The translations under genes and the position numbers were made by a program. The notes under the pieces were generated by a model that made no database searches, had not been told where the DNA came from, and saw nothing but the letters and a program-made list of their open reading frames with translations. From a bacterium (GTDB lineage: Bacteria; Electryoneota; Electryoneia; Electryoneales; Electryoneaceae), in NCBI GenBank assembly GCA_963675295.2, contig CAXXKJ010000002.1:4224001-4288000 (forward strand): a DNA stretch of 64,000 nt. The letters are read 5' to 3'. Below, piece by piece: positions 58,762 to 64,000 of the stretch. Each line of letters starts with the position of its first letter. Within the stretch, counting starts at the first letter, position 1.

Positions 58762-60273
58762 ATGAAACAATTGTCGATTCTCATTCTGCTATTTCTGCTG
58801 GTCGCGATTGCGTCCGCCTCGGACGATACGATCGTTACCGGCCAACAACGTGTGGATGAATCCATTGCGCCCGTGCCGCACAAAGCTGCCGATCGCAGCA
58901 TTGACGATTTCGGCCCGCTGCACGATCCTGAAATGATCCTTCAATTCAACGAAGGACCACAGAATCACACCATGGGAATCGCGTGGGATGGTACGTACTA
59001 CTGGACGATCAACGGTGGAAATTCGACCGGCCTATTGAACTATTACGACGAGAACGGTGTGTATGTTGGGACAACCAATGTGACTCTCAGTGGCCGTGGG
59101 ATCGTTTACAACCCTGTGGACGGCCTGCTTTACATCTCGGCACTGAACGGTGACATTTTCCGTGTTGACGATCCATTCACCGACTATGCAACCACCGTAG
59201 TTGCGACCGGTCTCATGCAGAACGGTCAGGCTAGTCTCGGCATGAGCTGGGACGGCAACCTGCTGTATGACTACTCGGAAGGCGTGCTCGAGGTCCATGA
59301 CTTCTGGACATATGACCTGTTGGACGTCATGACCGGAATCAGCAGCGGGACCGGCAATTACGGCGGTGGCTGCGCGATTATTGTCGATACCGATTATTTC
59401 TACACTATCGACACCAGCAGCAACACGTTGTTTGTCTACACGCTGGCAGGTACGTTTGTGACTGAGTATTCCCTCCCGTCTGGTGACAACGGCATGTCGC
59501 TGTCCATGGCAAACTACATGGTGTGGTATGCTGCTGACAGCAACTATGATATTGGCACCTGGTATGGTTATTCGCTGCGTGATTGGACCGAAGGTCCGGT
59601 GCAGTTTGACCTGATTCCGCAGATCACCGTCGTACCTGAGGGTGGCGGCGACGTGTATTACGACGCCTCGCTGGTCAGCGAGCTGCCAGGCACCTACAAC
59701 AACCTGTTCTATCGCAGCTACATCACCCTTCCGAACGGTCAGGTGGTCGGACCGCAGGCGAACATTCCGTTTGTCCACACGCCGTTCATGAATGTCCTGA
59801 TCCAGGGGCTGACGCAATACGTGCCACCGCTCGCACCGGGCGGACAGTACAATTTCGAAGGCCGGATCTACTACATGGGGTCGGTGCGGCTTGTAGACGA
59901 CTTCTACTTCACCAAGGAAGGTGCCGGGTCGGATGACTTCGTGTTCAATCCCGACGATTGGACCTCCAGCGGCTTCAGCGTGGCGGGCAACACCGAGGCG
60001 ATACCGTCCGAGTATGCGCTCAGCGAAGCCTACCCGAACCCGTTCAACCCGGCGACGCAGCTCAATGTGACGTTGCCACAGGCGGCGGAGCTGACGGTTC
60101 AGGTGTACAACCTCGCCGGGCAGCGACTTGCGACATTGGCGCATGGTCAAATGGCTGCGGGCGAACACTCGCTGACGTTTGATGGCGCCAACCTCTCCAG
60201 CGGCCTGTATTTCGTGCACGCGAACGTGCCGGGCCAGCTGAACCAGATCCGCAAGGTGACGTTGCTGAAGTAG
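58762..60273 (+). CDS. Secreted beta-propeller-like protein with T9SS CTD (tandem paralog B)
   Basis: Also 503 aa and near-identical to 57139-58650 over its C-terminal two thirds. Confidence 0.85.
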   Translation: MKQLSILILLFLLVAIASASDDTIVTGQQRVDESIAPVPHKAADRSIDDFGPLHDPEMILQFNEGPQNHTMGIAWDGTYYWTINGGNSTGLLNYYDENGVYVGTTNVTLSGRGIVYNPVDGLLYISALNGDIFRVDDPFTDYATTVVATGLMQNGQASLGMSWDGNLLYDYSEGVLEVHDFWTYDLLDVMTGISSGTGNYGGGCAIIVDTDYFYTIDTSSNTLFVYTLAGTFVTEYSLPSGDNGMSLSMANYMVWYAADSNYDIGTWYGYSLRDWTEGPVQFDLIPQITVVPEGGGDVYYDASLVSELPGTYNNLFYRSYITLPNGQVVGPQANIPFVHTPFMNVLIQGLTQYVPPLAPGGQYNFEGRIYYMGSVRLVDDFYFTKEGAGSDDFVFNPDDWTSSGFSVAGNTEAIPSEYALSEAYPNPFNPATQLNVTLPQAAELTVQVYNLAGQRLATLAHGQMAAGEHSLTFDGANLSSGLYFVHANVPGQLNQIRKVTLLK

Positions 60274-60300
60274 CCGATCACTGGCGTTTTCCGACCTCAT

Positions 60301-60333
60301 CCCGCGGCGCTCCGGTGCCGCGGGTTTCTCTTT
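60301..60333 (+). terminator. Intrinsic terminator
   Basis: cccgcggcgc-tccg-gtgccgcggg followed by tttctcttt. Confidence 0.75.
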
Positions 60334-60422
60334 GCATCCGCTTCGCACCTGTCGCTGGACGCACCCTCACCGTATGTTTGCGATACGTATGATCCCGTTC
60401 ACCAAACCATGAACCCGCACCC

Positions 60423-61610
60423 ATGTGTGTCGATGTGCTCAAACTCGCGCGTGAGCTGCCACTCTCCGACGAACGCTACTGGCATGGCGACCTGACCCTG
60501 GCCGCCCGTCCCGCCGCGGCGGTATTGAACAGCCGGCAGGGACGGCACCCGCATGGCGGGGAAGCGTGGGTGCGCGCGACAATCCGTGCCGCCGCCGGGT
60601 TGATCGACGATGAAAAGGTGATCGTCAGCTCGACGGGCATGGCGACGTGGGAGCTGGCCGCGTGGGCGGCGTCCGAGGCGCTGGGCAATGTGGTGATGGT
60701 CGTGCCGGTGCCGGAGGGAATCATTCCCGAAGACGCGCAACTCGTCGCGGCGAAAGTGCTCGCGGATTTCGGCCTCTCCAATTCCGATTCGCTGGTGATG
60801 CCGTTTTTCGTGCCGCCGCGTGGTAGTGAGAAGCTGTTATGGAAAGCGCGGGACGGACTCATCCTGCGCAACGCCGACCGTCTCGCGCCGGTCTCAATCT
60901 GCGAGGGCGGCTTCCTCGCCAGTTGCCTGCGCGACCCACGGATCGTCGACAAAATCAGCGGCGACTGGTGGGTGGATCACAAGCCGTCGGTGCTTGACCA
61001 GGCCGCGATTCCAGACCCGGCGGACGTGCAACGCAAGCTGTCCGGACTGGGGTGGGACCATGTCGCACACTGGACACGGATGAGTGACGGACCGTGGCCC
61101 AGTGAATCCCGCGCCGACTATTTTACCGCGCTGGCGGGGTCGCGGGATGGGCATTTCCGTTCCGCCGAGGCGACGCTTCGACGTATCCTTAACGAGAACC
61201 GCATCCGTGCGACTGGTTGGCGGATGCCGATGAATGTCGAGATGGTGTCGTTCAGCGCGCTGCCGCCGTGGGCGATGGTCGAGCGGATGACGTGGCGGAA
61301 ACGCTATGTCCGGCTGAATTACGAACCGTGGGGGATCGCGGTCCGGCGTGGTGTGTTAACCGAACTCGGCGGACGTGAGGTCATCTACGGCGATCTCGCG
61401 AAACGCAAGCAGTTGTCCGCCACGGACCGCATGTTTTTCCAGAAAGTATCGGACCATTCCGACTGGGAGAATGAACTCGAGTGGCGTCTGCGTGGCGATC
61501 TCGAGCTGGAACCGTTGTCCGCCGGGGACGTGCTGGTGTTGGTTCCGGACGAGGCCGTGCGGGAACGGCTGCAACCGCACTGCCGGTTCGAGGTGATAGC
61601 GTTGACGTAA
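60423..61610 (+). CDS. Hypothetical protein, putative SLOG/DprA-like N-domain fused to ART/AbiGi-like C-domain
   Basis: AVLNSR, VIVSS.G, RD.LI....D.L..V....GG; C-half HWTR, VSFS, WGIAV...L...GG..V.YG, W..E.EWR. Confidence 0.6.
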   Translation: MCVDVLKLARELPLSDERYWHGDLTLAARPAAAVLNSRQGRHPHGGEAWVRATIRAAAGLIDDEKVIVSSTGMATWELAAWAASEALGNVVMVVPVPEGIIPEDAQLVAAKVLADFGLSNSDSLVMPFFVPPRGSEKLLWKARDGLILRNADRLAPVSICEGGFLASCLRDPRIVDKISGDWWVDHKPSVLDQAAIPDPADVQRKLSGLGWDHVAHWTRMSDGPWPSESRADYFTALAGSRDGHFRSAEATLRRILNENRIRATGWRMPMNVEMVSFSALPPWAMVERMTWRKRYVRLNYEPWGIAVRRGVLTELGGREVIYGDLAKRKQLSATDRMFFQKVSDHSDWENELEWRLRGDLELEPLSAGDVLVLVPDEAVRERLQPHCRFEVIALT

Positions 61611-61622
61611 GGGGGGGTTCGT

Positions 61623-64000
61623 ATGCGTATGCTGCGATGGATGTTGGCCATGATGCTCGGCGGCACGCTGCTGCTGGGCTGCGCAAAGCACGACACGATC
61701 ACCGTCACCTACCTCACCCCCGACACCACCGCCGCACCTCTCGGCATCCGTGCGTTTTTCGCCGAACACGACTTCGCCGAGCTGCAAGTCATGCAAGCCA
61801 AAGATTTTTCCGCAACCGGCGCTGGATCACAGGTACTCTGGGTCAACGCCCCCGACACGTCGTCGTGGATCCTGTTTCAGGCCCAATCCAGCCATCTCTA
61901 CCCAGCCCTGCAACGTGCCGCCGACAACGGTGCTGATGTCCTCTTCACGGGCTATGCCGCGTTGTTGCCGCACGAACTCGGCTGGGAATCGGCGGCGCCT
62001 GAGGTGCGGTCCAACCGTGTTGAGAACAACTGGTTCTTCGCGCGTATGCGTGGCCTGCAATCCCTGCTCGGGCATCCGGTTTTCGCGGACGGCTTGTTTG
62101 GCGGGGCATACATCTGGGACCCGGGCGACTCGACCGTGGTCTCGACCGTCGGCTTTTACGGTGACACCTGGCCGGTCGAGGGCAAAGTCGTCGGCGTGCA
62201 GAAACGCTACGTCAACCAGGACAGCAAGGCGAAGCAGCTGCTCGAATATGACCTGCCGGGTGGTGGGACAGCGTTAAGCCTCGGCGGCTGGTTCGATCTC
62301 GAACGTGACAACCGGATGCGGTTCCGCGCCGACCGTTTCCTCAGCAACAGCCTGCGCTACCTCGACGGCGACACGCTCGGCGTTTCACCCACCTGGTGGA
62401 CCCGGGCCGATTCACTGATCCGTGAGCTGCCCCCGCCGGAGTTCGTCGACTTCGCCGCACGGGAGCTGCCATCACCCGCTGATGTCCGTTTCGACAGCCT
62501 CGCGGCGCCTGCGTTGACCATCGAGCAGGACGATCCGGGCGAGAACTGGTTCAGCCTCGGCGGACGCCAGACCCTGGTCATGGGCGACGAACAGGGTGGA
62601 ATCAGCGAGGCGTGGGCGTTCCCCTTCCGGCTGTTCCAGAATCTGCGTACTACGGTGCTGATTGATGATCGCGAGATCGATCTGTCGCAACGAACCTGCG
62701 ACGATCTGCTGATCCATCCGGAGTCGATCCGGCGCACGTGGCAGTTTCCCGAAGGTACCCTGACCGAACAGATTTTCCCGTCGCTGGACAAGTCGGGCGT
62801 GGTGCTGCACTACCAGTGGGACGGCAAAAAACGGCCGGGCGAGCACGCAACGACATACTACGGCGCGAAGGTGAACGTCGATTTCGAAACCGATCTGCGC
62901 TGGATGTGGCCGTACGATGCTGACGCCCTCGGTGCACTGCGCTACCGTACCCTCGCCGAAACCCCGGCCGTCCATGTCACTGACGAACGCGGCCAGCTGC
63001 ATCTCGTCGCCGGCTGCGACCGTACGCCGAACGAGTTCGGCATCACCGAACTCGACCATCGCATCGTCGGGCCGTACGAGTCCATCAACCACGGCTATGA
63101 GGAATCACACGGTGTCGGCGAAAACCAGCAACGCGTGTTGATCAGCCTCGGCCGCAACCTCGCTCTGCCGAACCGGGCAACATTCGTCATCGCCGGATCG
63201 AACAAGAGTCTGCGTGACGCCTACGCGACATACTTCGACCTCGTCAGCGACCCTCGGGCGGCGTATGACCAGGCCGCCAACCACTACACCACCCTACTCG
63301 ATTCGATGACCTCGTTCGACACGCCGGACGATGAATTCGACCGGCTGTGGAAGTGGACGCTGGTCGGGATTGACCGGTTCCGCATTACCACGCCCGGTCT
63401 CGGCACCGCGCTAATGGCCGGATTCGGCACACGGGAGAAAGGCTGGGACGGCAACCAGATCAGCAACGGACGCCCCGGTTACGGGTGGTACTTCGGCCGC
63501 GACGCGGTCTGGTCAGCGTTCGCGATAGACGACTACGGCGATTTCGCAACGGTCCGCGAGCAACTCGAGTTCCTCCGCCGCTACCAGGATCTCGACGGCA
63601 AGATCTTTCATGAGCTGACGGCGTCCGGCGCGATCCACTACGACGCCGCCGATTCGACACCACTTTACATCCTGCTCGCTGCGCACTACCTGCAGCATTC
63701 CGGGGACGTTGAGTACCTCCGTGACCTCTACCCGAGCCTTCTCGCGGCGGTGGATTTCCTTAATGCGACCGACTCCGACGGCGACCTGCTGATCGAGAAC
63801 GAAAACGTTGGCCACGGCTGGGTCGAGGGCGGATCGTTGTGGGGATCGCAGACCAGCATCTATCTCGCCGGGTTGTGGGCGCGCGCGCTCGAGGACATGG
63901 CGTACATTGCCGACCGCATCGGCGAGGAACCGCGCGCGAAAATGCTGCGGTTGGACGCGCTGGACGTGTTCAACCAGATCGACGCTGAGTTCTGGTCGAA
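61623..64000 (+). CDS. Lipoprotein glycoside hydrolase, amylo-alpha-1,6-glucosidase/(alpha/alpha)6 type; runs off window
   Basis: Not in ORF track (no stop in window). MRMLRW...LLLGC lipobox; in-frame GRPGYGWYFGRD, GKIFHEL, HYDAADSTPLY. Confidence 0.85.
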   Translation, partial: MRMLRWMLAMMLGGTLLLGCAKHDTITVTYLTPDTTAAPLGIRAFFAEHDFAELQVMQAKDFSATGAGSQVLWVNAPDTSSWILFQAQSSHLYPALQRAADNGADVLFTGYAALLPHELGWESAAPEVRSNRVENNWFFARMRGLQSLLGHPVFADGLFGGAYIWDPGDSTVVSTVGFYGDTWPVEGKVVGVQKRYVNQDSKAKQLLEYDLPGGGTALSLGGWFDLERDNRMRFRADRFLSNSLRYLDGDTLGVSPTWWTRADSLIRELPPPEFVDFAARELPSPADVRFDSLAAPALTIEQDDPGENWFSLGGRQTLVMGDEQGGISEAWAFPFRLFQNLRTTVLIDDREIDLSQRTCDDLLIHPESIRRTWQFPEGTLTEQIFPSLDKSGVVLHYQWDGKKRPGEHATTYYGAKVNVDFETDLRWMWPYDADALGALRYRTLAETPAVHVTDERGQLHLVAGCDRTPNEFGITELDHRIVGPYESINHGYEESHGVGENQQRVLISLGRNLALPNRATFVIAGSNKSLRDAYATYFDLVSDPRAAYDQAANHYTTLLDSMTSFDTPDDEFDRLWKWTLVGIDRFRITTPGLGTALMAGFGTREKGWDGNQISNGRPGYGWYFGRDAVWSAFAIDDYGDFATVREQLEFLRRYQDLDGKIFHELTASGAIHYDAADSTPLYILLAAHYLQHSGDVEYLRDLYPSLLAAVDFLNATDSDGDLLIENENVGHGWVEGGSLWGSQTSIYLAGLWARALEDMAYIADRIGEEPRAKMLRLDALDVFNQIDAEFWS

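Noticed and set aside
57139-60273. Possible DGR template/variable repeat pair (also 5716/7277)
   Set aside because: Differences are not adenine-specific, are mostly synonymous, both copies are coding, and there is no reverse transcriptase in the window

Overview
GC-rich bacterial chromosomal window with about 38 CDS and one tRNA-Arg(CCG). I saw no transposase, integrase, prophage, rRNA or CRISPR array. The dominant theme is secretion: at least 11 secreted proteins end in a T9SS type A-like C-terminal domain (PNPFN...SG.Y...K..L.K/R). There is also a six-gene outer-membrane operon (TonB-dependent receptor, variant-CTD partner, PorV-like barrel, large Ig-repeat pseudo-metallopeptidase, TPR lipoprotein, CTD protein). 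This content suggests a non-Bacteroidota FCB-group organism (Calditrichota/Electryoneota/KSB1-like; inference). Housekeeping genes include a ROK kinase, tmk, crotonase, queG, an RseC-like protein, a DAGK-family kinase, a rhomboid and an AhpD-like protein. Signalling genes include an ECF sigma/anti-sigma cassette, a lipoprotein/GAF-sigma54 activator/Ser-Thr kinase operon, and a convergent pair of apparently catalytically degenerate proteins (HD-GYP and PAS histidine kinase). The most interesting leads are the SusD-less TBDR-PorV locus, a recurrent [LI]-D-[DE] junction after short propeptides in secreted proteins, a recurrent ~105-aa pre-CTD domain, a SLOG plus ART-like fusion gene, and several families of REP-like and tandem-repeat intergenic elements. 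All calls come from motif reading by eye; no searches were run.
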